64,000 bases of DNA from Lepidodermella squamata (lineage: Eukaryota; Animalia; Gastrotricha). A model generated the notes under the pieces. It was not told the DNA's origin. It did not search any database and saw nothing but the letters and a program-made list of their open reading frames with translations. Below are positions 1 to 11,766 of the stretch, piece by piece. A program made the position numbers and the translations under genes. Every line of letters starts with the position of its first letter. Within the stretch, counting starts at the first letter, position 1. The DNA is taken from the NCBI GenBank assembly GCA_047495785.1, contig JBLDXI010000015.1, positions 2,046,001 to 2,110,000 on the forward strand, given 5' to 3'.

Positions 1-497
1 AGTTACCTCAATCGATTGGTCCGTCGATCTCATAAATGAATTCTACATGTTCCGAGTCAGCTATCACAATACAGAATATGCCATTTGTAAGTACTTCGTT
101 TCTATAATTCAATCTTAATATTAGTCTTCCTTTATCAGTTAACGCGAACACTTGCACCGCGATCAGCCCTGCTGATGCAGCCGACTTCAAATGGGCGACC
201 AACACTTGCTTGCTAGCTTGGGACCGCTGCGGCGTATTTGAGCATAAGGCAACGCGGGAAGCAGGCGTTCGCCAGATAGATGTCCATCCAACGAAGCACA
301 GCTGCCTCGTCGTCAGCGATTACACAACAAACAAGCTCACTCTTTTCCGCTACCCAATGATGAAAGCTGATCAGCCAGGTCTGGCTTACCCAGCTACTCT
401 GGAAATTTCAAGCGTCCGTTTCACTGCGATCGGAGATTATGTGATAACGGTCGGCGGGAAAGACTCGTCGATCATTCAATGGAAGGTTGTTCACTGA
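1..497 (+). CDS. EML/EMAP-like WD40 protein, last exons (<1-86, 139-497); gene starts upstream of the window
   Basis: C-terminal EML-type motifs (LFRYP; VRFT..GDYVITVGGKDSSIIQWKV); GT-AG intron 87-138 at the same position as in the copy at 19263-20138. Confidence 0.8.
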
Positions 498-673
498 AAA
501 ATAATCAAACTGAAAACGCCAACACGCAAAATCTATTGTGAACCCTATTCTTTTAGTTTGCTGTCTTTCTCCTCCTTTTTCGGTCAGAGATGAATTTTAT
601 TTTAGATTTTACTATACTTCAAACCATGACGCACCAAAAATTGTGATATTATATTTTCGAATAAAATAATCTG

Positions 674-1220
674 TCACGTTGGAACACATATTGGTGGAGG
701 GCCGTCCCATGATAACGTCGTGTTTCCTTTGCATTTCATGACATTTTGCCCATTCAGTCGATAGCCACGGTCGCAGTCGTTGAATTGAACGTACCAATCT
801 CTGCCGCATCTGTTCTCTTGAGCATCGCAGCCCATTGTTAGAGCTATAGAGCCATGTTTAGGTGCTGGTGGAATTTCGCAGCCAACGCATCTCGGAGGGG
901 ATGGGTAGTCCCAGGCCACAGACTCGTTATTCCTACCAACCCCTCTACAGGTAAGTCGAGTTGGGCCGATTGGTGAGTAACCCAAATGGCAAGCGAATTG
1001 AACGAAACCGTCATCTCTTGCACATTTTTTCGTCGTAACATTACAGCCAATTCCGACGTAGTCATACGATGCATGCTCGGGCGGTGACATCAGGTCACAT
1101 GTCAGACATCTCGGTTGGGGACTACTCCAAGCTAAGGTTGTGTTGGTACCTTCGCAAGTAATTTTTGTCGGACCGGTAGGCCCGTAACCAGTATCGCAAT
1201 CTATTGTGTATTGATAACCC
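674..1220 (-). pseudogene. 5'-truncated copy of the sushi/CCP gene (last ~2.5 repeats)
   Basis: Matches the C-terminus of ORF 20316-22508; the apparent start MYYCLW is read from the transposon TIR. Confidence 0.9.
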
Positions 1221-2317
1221 CATAGACAATAATACAAGATCGGAAACTTACAGTTCTCATATAAGCCGCTTTTACACTACAAACACATATGTATTTCTGA
1301 CTGTTCATAGTAATTAAGTCTACACAGCAGTATTAGGTGTTGCGCAATCGCCGCAAGCGATGAAAATGCCAAATTAAACAACTAATAAACGAATGATTCA
1401 CGGAAGGAGGTACCCTTATTATGGAATTAAATGCTAAGCTGTAAATCTAATAATTTTTAATTTGTATTGAAACTAAACAATTTGATTTTTAAATTAAATA
1501 GTATACAAGGACTCCGGCGCGCAAATTTTAAGCGTCCCGCCATTTTGCGGTCCTTGCTCCAAGTTTAGATGGTTTATACGCGGTTTTGACAACGAAGCTT
1601 CCCCTGCGACTTCAGTTAGTGTAACTCTCCTAGCTACGTTCTAAGGAGATCCTAGCCGGTGATTTGCCTCTATAGATCATCTATACTCTTGACTCATCTG
1701 CTTCCGGCTTTAGCATTCAGAGACTTGCAAGACTTACACGTCACACGTCTCATGGAAGCTATGGAGTGCGAAGTAGCAACTACTCTATTGTTCTACTCAT
1801 GCATACCCCTTCTTTACCTCACACTATCTAATAGATTGGATGATGCTGCGTTGTAAGCTGTCTCACGCTTATAGTCTCACGTAGTTGTTGCCGTTGTTTA
1901 GTTGATTAGACTCCTGATCTTTAACTCCAAAACTCCATCTTTATCTTACTCAGCACCTGTGGCAATATTGATCTCTAAATTTGCTACGTCTCACTGCTCT
2001 CTAACCCATGAAGATAGGAAATCCTATCTTGAAATCACTTTGATAAGGTCTATCTATTCTTCTTCTATTTAATTCCTGAAACACTCAAGCATCCCCCGAA
2101 ACAGTGATGACTGATGTTTCCGATCTCTGAATTCCGAACCATGCTAATCTACAACTTTAAGTGAGCTCTGCTGCTTGATTTTATTCATATGCGCGAGTTA
2201 AAGAGGCATCTCCTGTTCCTTGATCTCTTATCCTTATCACTTCCTTGGATACTGATTGCCTATGGTACTCCTATGGTCTATTTTACCTTAGTGACTTCCA
2301 GAGATCAAAGAATTACT

Positions 2318-2586
2318 ATATCGCACGTGTTCTGTAGTAATGTAGCTTAACCATATCGTTAACGACGCGCCAAAACAACCGCTTAGATGACTCATTCGAT
2401 CGTACTTTTAGTAGCCTAACGTAATGGTGAAGTACGTTAGGCCTTTTGAACACCGATTTTTTCCTATTTTCGAACGTACTTTCCTCATAAAATCTATAAA
2501 TAGTAAAGTGGTTGTTTTGGCGCGTCGCTAACGATATGCTTTTTTTTTAATAGTTTAGCTACATTACTGCAGAACACGTGCGATAT
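2318..2586. mobile_element. MITE
   Basis: Imperfect ~60 bp inverted arms ATATCGCACGTGTTCTG..CCAAAACAACC / GGTTGTTTTGG..CAGAACACGTGCGATAT. Confidence 0.75.
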
Positions 2587-2799
2587 GTACTGTGATACTC
2601 GGTCACTCTGTTACTCAATCGAGCGTGGAGTTCTATAAAAACACGAGCTTGTAAGAAATCTTGGCTTATGTTTCGCGTCTTACTGCACTCAACCATAAGA
2701 GTCGTCTCAATCATATCCCCATGATTATCCAGTGGATCGTTTTGTTTTGATTCACCCTCCTTATCATTTGATTCTTTGATTCTTTCTTATAATACTTCC

Positions 2800-2945
2800 C
2801 AAGTGATTGACAAATGTGCCCGAGTTACTAATGCTATATTTAAATGTTTTAAATCGAAAGAAATGCGACTCAAAGCCTTTAAAACACACGTTATACCTCT
2901 TGTTGAGTATTGTCCTGCTGTAGCTTCTCCTATTTTACTTTTTCC
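2800..2945 (+). mobile_element. Degenerate CR1-group LINE ORF2 fragment
   Basis: Translates to IDKCARVTNAIFKCFKSKEMRLKAFKTHVIPLVEYCPAVASP, resembling the post-RT Y/F.T.VRP.LEY..W.P motif. Confidence 0.55.
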
Positions 2946-3542
2946 GACATAGCTCCTGGAGCGATTCAAAGTTGAGTTGAGCAATGAGCACTGGCACGCG
3001 CGCACGCGATTGGCTAGCGCGCGCGGGAAACCGGTTAACAAACCGGCTCACCGTTTCCGAAGAATATCGCCAATTGGCGAACGATTCAATGAATTGATCA
3101 AATCAATTGGATAATTTGAAACTTTAATGTTGGGAAATTAATTTCGCAAAATAGAACATTTGCTCAAAAACTTACTTAATTTATGTGCGCCATCTATGAT
3201 AAAAATTTGTTTAACTGCGCTTAAATAAAAGGTTTTTGGTACCACTACGTAGCTCTACAGTTCATTACTTATTCAGATTTTAATGCCATATCAAACTAAT
3301 CGCGCATCATTAACAAGTTGAGGCGGGGTAAAATAACATCTACGCGCACATTACTCATTTTACTAGGTATTCATTTATGAATGTTTTTTTTACGCGCTGC
3401 TTAAGCAATAGGTATTGCTGAAACCGCCATTGCTCAATGCCCAATGCCTATTGCTCGTTGCTCATTGCCTATTGCTCAAGGTACTCATTTGTGCGACAGC
3501 CTTAACTGTTCAGTTTTGTTTAAGAGCTATTATGCTATTTAA

Positions 3543-3817
3543 CTTAGTGGAACCAACGAATCCACAAAATCGCTATTGGCTGGACTAAAATTTGTTGAAG
3601 CACACGATTGGTTACATTTTCCAGCATCTTGGCGTGTTATTTCTTGACCTGAATTTCCCGGGTTCGACTCGTGGTGACCGAGCAGCGTTTTTCTGAGACT
3701 TTTTTTTGCTTTTCAAGAAATAACATGCCAAGATGCTGGAAAATCTAACCAATCGCGTGCTTCAACAAATTTTAGTCCAGCCAATAGCGATTTTGTGGAT
3801 TCGTTGGTTCCACTAAG
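3543..3817. mobile_element. MITE with ~105 bp TIRs and a B-box-like core
   Basis: CTTAGTGGAACCAACGAATCC.. / ..GGATTCGTTGGTTCCACTAAG; centre contains GGTTCGACTC. Confidence 0.88.
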
Positions 3818-4758
3818 AAGAGCTAAGACCTTATTACGAATAGCGATCGCTATTAGATTGCTCAACGACAGCGCTAGCCTATAACGTGTAGTGTTATTAG
3901 GTAGGCCGTGCTATTAAGTAGGTACTATCGCCCATCGGGCTGCTATCCTCAAAGTCTTAATCGAACAGTTTATATTTCATATCAGTGCTTCGCAAATATT
4001 TTCACCATCGGAATTGTTGGCGGCCGGAAAGCCTTAGCTCCGGCCCCAATTTTGGCTGAAAATAGTTCAAAACAAGCTGATTTTCGGGTTATGATTACCT
4101 TTTGGGGCGGCAGATTTTATTTTACCGTTATAAAAAATATTTGATACCTTCAAAACCCGTAAAACTTTGAAAGTTAAAAAGCGAGAAAACTCGAGTTTGA
4201 GTATTGCGCAATCAATTCTTTGTCTTAATTAATGACGCACATATTACACTTCATACTTACGCTCTCGTGTAAAAGCGGCTATAGTGTAAAATTGCATCAG
4301 CTGCAAGGGATTGGTGAGCCTGTTTGTTTACTTTTCTGGCTCTTGTAACGAGTGAGCTCTCGCATACTTGCCTTGAAAAAAGTATCGATTTCGAAGCCCG
4401 ATTTCGCCAAGTGGTTAGTTTTCTAAATTTCCGTAAAATAGTTCAGCTGGTAGAGAATTTCGCTGGCTGTCAGAATCAATAAAAAAATTCCCGGCACCAA
4501 TTTTGGTCGATTTTCTACTGAATTTTGAAAATGGCAATTCCGCGACGAAATTGCGAAATCTGCTCAAGTTTGCTGGCGGAAATTTTATATGTAATCTTAT
4601 CGGAAAAATTGGAAATAATTAGGAATGAAGTCAGGTATGCAGGCTCTGTCGAATAAGCCTAAGCTCCAAATAATTGATTTTTTTTCGATTTTCGGCGAAT
4701 CATGGGAAAAAAGTCAGTTTCCAAAATTTATTCGTAAACAATCGCATTTTGGTTAACA

Positions 4759-6596
4759 CTACTCGCTTGCAAACTGGGCTGCTTTGCGCTTTCTAGTTGC
4801 AGTTTTGTTTCCCAGACGTGGCTCAGGCACGATTTTCTTTAGAAAAATAATTGAGGCGATCGATACAATAGATTTAAATAATTGTTGGGAATGAGGCGAC
4901 CTTCCTTCAGCCAGCTCTACGACCGAGCAAAGCCCACCAAGTAGATTTGGCCTTGACAGCGCAGCGTAAAACAACCCAGTAAAACAATAACATCTTATTA
5001 ACTGGGGTTTTCGATTTCAAAATGTCCTCCTTGTTCATATGCACGAAATGATGAACTAAGTGAACTATTCGATAAACTGGGAGAGATGGCCTCACCAACC
5101 TGAAAGCAAAAATATTGTTAGAAAATATATTATGAAATTGGGAAAATTACCTGTTTTTGGTGTTTGATCGCTGATTGTTCGATATCAATGTGGCGTTGCG
5201 AGGCTATCCTTTTCAAGGCAGTCCAAACAACCTTTACAACTCAATTTCTGGAGCCGAAGCTTTTTGATAACGAAGCCGGCAATATACGACAGTACTTCAT
5301 CGGTGATAGATGAGAAACAATCTTGACTTTCAATCGCCTTTTGTAGCATTGCGTCTAGCTCTTCTATTTCTTCCCAGCTTTTGAAGTCCATTTCACCGTC
5401 TGAATTCACCCCATTTTCGTCCGGTCCGTTATTTTCAGCGAAATCGAATATGTTGAGCTCATTAAGGCGGATCATTTTCTGCACATTCCCACCTTTGGCG
5501 AAGACGAATCTTTGCAACACATAGCCTCTCAAAGCCGCCAACAGCTGTTCAGGGCTTGGATTAGCAGCAAACCCGTTGAATTGCCTCACAAATGCGAATG
5601 TTAATTCGAGGGTATCTTGTAGAAGAAAGAAAGTGGGAACATTTTCGTAATTGCAGTTGAACAGCAAATGTTCCACGACACGAATCGCTGTTCGGCAAGC
5701 AGTAACCATACCAACAACACTAAGGTTGGCCAACGTTGCCAAGTTGGCCCTATGGCCATCAGCGGTACAAACGAGTGGTACCAGCCCACGTGATCGAAAT
5801 TCAGCACAAACCTTTTGCAATACCGCCGTTTGAATGGATTCATTGGTATGATCTAGGAAAAGGACGCCAATCGGAAAGGTAACTAATCCACTTAGGGCCA
5901 CAGCCTCGATTACGAGGGCTTCGCGAGGGGCGAGATGACTTTGCGAGGAAATTTCGGGTAATGAATTGAATTCACCTGCATCGACCAGCCCGTGAATAGT
6001 ATTACTACCACAGTGGAAGTATTCCGCTTTTTTCACCGACATAGCATCGATATCGATTGCGTAATACCTTCCTAACTTCGGAGATCTTTCTCGTATTTTT
6101 TCCAGTAACCTCGCACATTGTAATTCAAGCCGGGTTTAAAGGGGACTTTGGCGAGCCAGTTGCGGATTGACCGCTCAGATGGCATGCCGGGCCGAAAATA
6201 ATTAGCTAGATGTCGCCTAGATGCGGGATTTAACCCGACGAAAAACTCCTTGGCCGGTTTTGAGAAGCGACGGCTGTTCTTTTGCCTACGAAAAGCTACT
6301 CTCGCCATGCCCTCTAACACCTGTGTTCCCTCCCCTCCGAAGGAATTCCATTTCGCCTTCGCAAGATTGAGCTGCTTCTGAAGACTTTGTATGCGAAGTT
6401 CTTTTCTATCAACGCTCATCTTTAAGCTCTTTACGCAAACTCGCTGCTGATTTTTTGCGCCGTCCCGGCTTTTCCCGACGTTTTCGCCGGCTGACTGGTT
6501 GGGAATCGTTCGGCGATGACGACGATGATTGAGAGAGAAATGAGTCATTGAAGGAAGGCAATTTTTCTTTAAAGAACGAATGTATACAAAACCCAT
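4759..6596 (-). pseudogene. P-element/THAP9-like transposase, frameshifted and internally deleted
   Basis: Motifs PSERSIRNWL, IDIDAMSVKK..GLVDAG, CTADG..N, QDTLE.TF..VR..G...NP, LSYIAGFV..C..C, LVRPS; frameshifts near 6075 and 5190; the segment after DG..N is missing (~5721). Confidence 0.85.
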
Positions 6597-8158
6597 GAGA
6601 TAAATGGAGCATTTTTGTGTTAATTACTTCGGAATTTTTTCAAAGCAGATTTTTTAAGTTAATATCAATTATTTTAATGGATAAAATTATTTTGAAATTC
6701 TTAAATTCATTTTTATACACAAGTAAATAATGAAACTTTGAGCTGAAAGTTTCAAATACCTGTGCAGCTATCGGAGACGGGAAAAAATCAGTTTGTTGCT
6801 CCGCATTTACCAGGCAAGGCCGATGATAAAAAGGCCATTCTAAATCAGTTTGAGCTTCAGCATCAATCATTATGCACGGTGGAATTGTCGACATGGCTTC
6901 TGCTTCCGAAATGACAATGCCATTATTTACTTGCTTGCCGAAGTCGAAATGCATTTCGGTATCGAACCAGTCATCGCGCTTGGCACCTTTCAGAAATCCC
7001 TATTAAGAATTGCGATTTGCGATAGAAGCTGTAGTGTTTTCTCAACCTCAGAAGAACTAGAGGTTGAAAACCATTTTTCGATTAATTCACCCTGATCAGA
7101 TCTAACTTCTTTTTTCCATGCAAAAATATTACGACGGCCTTAATTTTACCATATAAATATAGCTTGCTTGAAACATTAAAAAAAAAATCAAAGAAAAATT
7201 CAATCGCTTCAAGATTGGGCTCATTTGATAGGGAAAAAGCAATTCAATATCGTACATATTTTCACAATGTTCTCGAAAAAAACCGCGTGCTTCCATCCGC
7301 GGCCAAAATAACCATATTTTTTACGATTGCTTCAGAAGTAACCGTTTTCGAAAATTTGTGGAAAATCACGCAGGAAAAGTGCTAGGATAATTTTTAGTTC
7401 TCTGGAAAGCTGAGAATCTATACTTTGAGGTGGCCGCATGTTTTAAAAATTAGAGCACTAACCACTTCGAAAAAATGTGCGTCAAAGTTCGTTTATTTTC
7501 GCATGGTGCGGACTAGGCGTGGCCTCTGAAAAAAGCACGCCTCTCGGACACGCTTTCTCGTTAATCCCTTGCAGCTGATGCAATTTTACACTATGTGAGA
7601 ACTGTAAGTTTCCGATCTTGTATTATTGTCTATGGCACGACCACACCCTGCAAAAAATGGACTTGACACTGCAAATCGAGCCTAGAATGCAATAGCTAAA
7701 TACAGTGGGGAACTAAAACAGCGTCTCCCGCCTTGGACACAAATCAAATTCGCAGTGGTTATCGATTTGCCTGGACTTGTGATTTTGAGCATGGGCTTGG
7801 GCTCCTTTCGGATTTCAGCGTACTCTGATTGTCGCCATTTTAATTATCATTGACTAATTTTGAAATTTTGGTATATATTGATACATTGACAACAATGACG
7901 AAAAATATGATGTAGAAAGAGTGCTCTGCTTTCAAAAGATAAGCATTGTGCGTGCACAATTCACCATTAATGTTGACGATATCCACAATGTCTTTTTGTT
8001 TTCTTATCTTTCTCGTTCTTTGCGTGGTGGAAACTCGCTGAGTAAATAAACATGTGAGGTCGTTTTTTCCTGTTGTGCAATTTTTTTAAAAGATACGAAA
8101 ATTTCGCAAGAACTTACCAAAATGATAAGCAACAAATATTCAGGTCAATATTTCGAAA

Positions 8159-8298
8159 GCTGTGGCGGAAGATGGCGCCTTGGTAAATGACCTGAGGGGA
8201 GACCGAGCGGAAAGAGCTCACGTTTTGCATATACGGAACATTCCTTCAACATTCCTTCTACATCGTCTTTCGTTATCGCCGAGATTTTAAAGGACAAT
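8159..8298 (+). pseudogene. Inverted, diverged fragment of the L2HGDH paralog B 3' end
   Basis: AVAEDGALVNDLRGDRAERAHVLHIRNIPS..SSFVIAEILKD matches the reverse complement of ~22810-22946. Confidence 0.85.
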
Positions 8299-8364
8299 GT
8301 TAAGTAAGCTCGATATTCGTAGCATCGAAAATCGGCTTACTTATCGTTTTGGAAATCTTCAATT

Positions 8365-8950
8365 TTAACCAGCACAAGGCTGGTTGGTGCTTAATGTGTG
8401 CTGGACAAAGCGCTTTTGTGCTCGATAGTGCCCATTAAAAGTGTGCTGGATACGCGATTTGCTATCCAGCACGGTCTCGAAAAACATCCAGCACGGAGTC
8501 ATGTGGCACAACTCATTATCCAGCACCGTCCTGAAAATGGACTCAAACAGCTCAAAAATCGCGTGCTGGAAAAATAGGCAAATAGCTGAAAAAATAATTC
8601 GAAATAGCCAGAGTCAACATTTCTGAAAATCTTGTGTGACAGTAAAATAATCAAAAAGTTTTCAAGTACCTAAACCTGCACTTCTAAAACAGCGAATCCG
8701 GTGGTTAAGTTGGTTCGCCGGCACTTGTACCGGATGGGTGCCGCTTCGGGTCCCGGTGCCGCTGTTTCGTCTTTCTTTTCAATTTAGCCCGTTCCAGCAC
8801 TGTCCAGCACTAGTGGATTTAGTGCTGTATGCGTGCCGATCACGGGTAGGGACTAATGCTCTAATGCTGAATAATGATGCTGGATAAAACGCACGTGTGC
8901 TGGATAATGCGAAAAATTATTGCTGGATACAATTGGAGTTTTTATCCACT
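8365..8950. repeat. Non-autonomous element rich in TCCAGCAC/GTGCTGGA motifs, with a central tRNA-like segment (8688-8767)
   Basis: More than 10 motif copies in both orientations; core AAACAGCG..TGGTTAAGTTGG..GCTTCGGGTCC..CGCTGTTT followed by a T-rich run. Confidence 0.55.
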
Positions 8951-9223
8951 CAACTACTCTGATCAGTTGTAATCTTCATATTTTATTTATGTTTTATGTT
9001 TATATGGGGGTTAGATGGTTGAATTCGATATAATGATCAGTTTTTTAAGGTCTGAAAATCGAAGCTATTTATGATGTGCCGACAGTTCTTTTTCATCTGT
9101 CATCTGAGAGGAATCTCACCTCTAGCACAATCTCATTATTGCAATCAGTGAGTTATTGCCAGTTGTTTTTTAGTTGAATAAATATAGCTTTCGCTCAAAT
9201 AATATATTGTTAGTACTCATGCA

Positions 9224-9370
9224 ATATTTGTACGATATAGTACTAGTAATTCATTCATTCATTCATTCATTCTCTGCACTCGATTTGGTCATGCTGACTC
9301 GGCTCCGCCTCGTCAGCCTGCCCACATAAATAAAACACTCGTACTATATCGTACTATATCATACAAATAT
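9224..9370. mobile_element. Small MITE
   Basis: ATATTTGTACGATATAGTAC / GTACTATATCATACAAATAT ends; internal (ATTC)n and a GACTCGGCTCCGCCTCGTC motif. Confidence 0.6.
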
Positions 9371-9466
9371 ATATTTTTGCCCTTCAAGTTTCAAGCGTGG
9401 ATAAAATACTCACTGCGAATTGTTGTGATGCTATCATTTTCCCATATAAATCCAATCGAAATAAAA

Positions 9467-9882
9467 CGGAATGGCCATTCGTACATAGTATGTACGCGAA
9501 AATTGCTATTCGCACATAGTTTCGATATGCTTTTTTCTAAGATCAACGACTTGCTCTATTTTCATCAAATCACTCCAATTTTTTGTGTACAGATAACTGA
9601 CCATCAGGCCGATTTCCCCTCAAAAAATCACTATGGGATAGTCGCAAAATGGCATTATTTGAATTGTTTTTCATGATCCTAGCGTGAATACTTCGGAATA
9701 TGATCTGACGAAAGTTGGCCACTAGATAGGCCTCACTTTGCTGCATCTACCTGTGAAATTTCATGTTATCATCGTCAAATTTCAAAATTCCACACCCTTT
9801 GGAAATACTCGGAAAAACTCACAAAAACTATGTACGAATAGCAAGTTTCGCGTACATAGTTATGTACGAATTGCTTGACCCC
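9467..9882. mobile_element. MITE
   Basis: ~45 bp inverted arms ATTCGTACATAGTATGTACGCGAAA..ATAGTTT / AAACTATGTACGAATAGC..TATGTACGAAT. Confidence 0.75.
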
Positions 9883-10064
9883 GAAATAAAATGTTCATCC
9901 ATTGATTGAGAATAGCCTTCACATTCACTAAGAATTGTCTGATGGTGGTTGCTCCATTCTACTAAGTTGTAGGTCTGCGTCAGTCTCACCATCCTCACCT
10001 TCACCTTCACCTTCAGAACACCTTCAGAACAACGAATGAGGCAAAATCATAAAATGTATGAAGT

Positions 10065-11063
10065 TTATGAATTCAACGCATACCCTTCATCGTCGAATGC
10101 GAAACCTTGCTGTACAGCCGTTATATATCGGCAATTGTGCAACATACTGAGGACCTCGGATGCTTCTGCAAGGTTAGCTACTGTTATTCGAACCATCCAA
10201 TTTATTTGTCCAGGTACATCATCGTTTCGGTCATCATCTTTGCCCTTAGCTTTAGGTTTTCTGTTAAATAGTTGTACATAATTGCGTCCAAAAAAATATT
10301 GATGATGTGCAACAGCATTGCGAAAATTTGAAAGATGCTCTTCGTTTTGGACATTTTTGCAAATGATAATCTTTTGAACGCCAAGGAGCCATATATTAAG
10401 CCATGCGTAAGCAGTGCTACAGTAAATATCGGATTGCCGCTGAGATTGTTCGTTGACATTTTTAAGTACATCCATTAAAGAAAACAGTGCGATTGGTACC
10501 TCTGGACCCTTTGAAAGACTGCCACGGTCTCTCTTAAAAACGCTTCTGCAAAAGTCAATACAATATCTGTAATGGGGAATGTCCAATATCGTCTCTGCTT
10601 TAACTCCTGAAAATAGGCGAGCAAAGTGCTGCGCTATGGCTGTATGATTGATACACTTTTTCTTTTGGTTCTCTTCTTTTGGTTTGTTTTCTGTTTGGTT
10701 CACATCGCCAGTTAGGTTGCACTGACAGTGAATGACATCTTTACCTGACCCAAATCCTGTAGTCGCAGCACTTCCAGATCCACCCTGATAGAACAACTGT
10801 GCATCCATCAGACGATCAATTAATGCATTTTGAATGAAATGTTCCATGTTTCCATCCGTGATTGCCTTGCGTTTTTGCAACAACTGAAGGTTTCCTAACT
10901 TCCGAAATATAGATTCAGTAAATGCCACATTTTCCTTGGGTCTTGCGACCGTTGACATTTCCCAGAACGTTTCTGCCCCATCCCAGTCATCAGGATACAC
11001 TGGAGATGGATTTAATAATAGTGGAGGTGTAGACTTTGCCATATCTTTTTCCACCTGTGACAT
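10065..11063 (-). CDS. Intronless 332-aa orphan protein with a putative C-terminal HEPN RNase motif
   Basis: Uninterrupted ORF in a decayed TE region; LSNFRNAVAHHQYFF fits the HEPN R-N-x3-H motif, with helical segments before and beta-like segments after. Confidence 0.6.
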   Translation of the reverse strand: MSQVEKDMAKSTPPLLLNPSPVYPDDWDGAETFWEMSTVARPKENVAFTESIFRKLGNLQLLQKRKAITDGNMEHFIQNALIDRLMDAQLFYQGGSGSAATTGFGSGKDVIHCQCNLTGDVNQTENKPKEENQKKKCINHTAIAQHFARLFSGVKAETILDIPHYRYCIDFCRSVFKRDRGSLSKGPEVPIALFSLMDVLKNVNEQSQRQSDIYCSTAYAWLNIWLLGVQKIIICKNVQNEEHLSNFRNAVAHHQYFFGRNYVQLFNRKPKAKGKDDDRNDDVPGQINWMVRITVANLAEASEVLSMLHNCRYITAVQQGFAFDDEGYALNS

Positions 11064-11299
11064 CTAGTTTAGCACAACAGGAACGTTATTTTAGAAAATT
11101 ATTTAATAATCTTTGAGATAAAAAAGCAAGAACGTTAGGTAAGGTCTACGCACAAACTCCGTATCTTTTTTTTTGCTTACGCATACGACCAATCACTTAC
11201 GCAAACGGCGAAAAACATACGACTACATACGCACCCTATTCACAAACTCTGCATGCGTATGCGTTATGTTTTTGCTGAACGGCGTTGTCACCTAAAAAA

Positions 11300-11375
11300 G
11301 GCTTGCTTTGACCGGGAATCGAACCCGGGTGACTTGTTTGTGAGATCGGCATAACACCGATTACACTAACAAGAC
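11300..11375 (-). pseudogene. tRNA-like sequence inside MITE arm
   Basis: A-box-like TAGTGTAATCGG, B-box GGTTCGATTCC with intact T-arm, T6 run; acceptor and anticodon stems broken. Confidence 0.55.
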
Positions 11376-11684
11376 GCATGATTTCGAGTTGTAGTAATCA
11401 GTACTTGACGGATCACGCATCGTGATACAATTATTAATTAATATAATTGGTAATTATTTATAGAGCACTTAAAATTTCTTATTTATTTATCCCAAATGAC
11501 CCCAAAAGGTACAGGGAATTAAAAAAAATTCTTCTGAATTTTTATGATTTTTTCCTGAATTTCCATCGAGTTTTTGATAATTATTCAATTAGTCATAATA
11601 ATTAATATTTTCAACTTCAATGTTCGCAGAGTTGTGATGGTGGCACGATTAAAACCGGAGAAATTATCTCACTGTTTGCGTCAA

Positions 11685-11766
11685 GTCGTTGTGGCGAGGT
11701 TGGTTATTGACTGGCCTCGACGATGGGAGGCTCGGGTTCGATCCCCGCTCACCACACGAATTTTTT
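11685..11766 (+). pseudogene. tRNA-like sequence inside MITE arm
   Basis: A-box TGGCGAGGTTGG, B-box GGTTCGATCC, T6 run; cloverleaf not intact. Confidence 0.55.

Larger units (their letters stand above)
1..1220. repeat. Segmental duplication copy 1 (direct repeat of 19644-20862)
   Basis: Colinear near-identical sequence ending at ...gataaccc, exactly where the P-element TIR begins. Confidence 0.95.
1264..4280. mobile_element. Non-autonomous PIF/Harbinger-like element nested in the P-element left TIR
   Basis: 14-bp TIR AGCCGCTTTTACAC (1264-1277) / GTGTAAAAGCGGCT (4267-4280); 3-bp TSD ATA; removing it restores the P TIR. Confidence 0.8.
1221..7634 (-). mobile_element. Defective P-superfamily DNA transposon with ~72 bp TIRs (left TIR split into 1221-1263 and 4284-4312; right TIR 7563-7634)
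   Basis: TIR CATAGACAATAATACAAGATCGGAAACTTACAGTTCTCA.. with reverse complement ending at 7634; CANRG terminus; THAP9-like transposase inside; no matching TSD. Confidence 0.88.
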
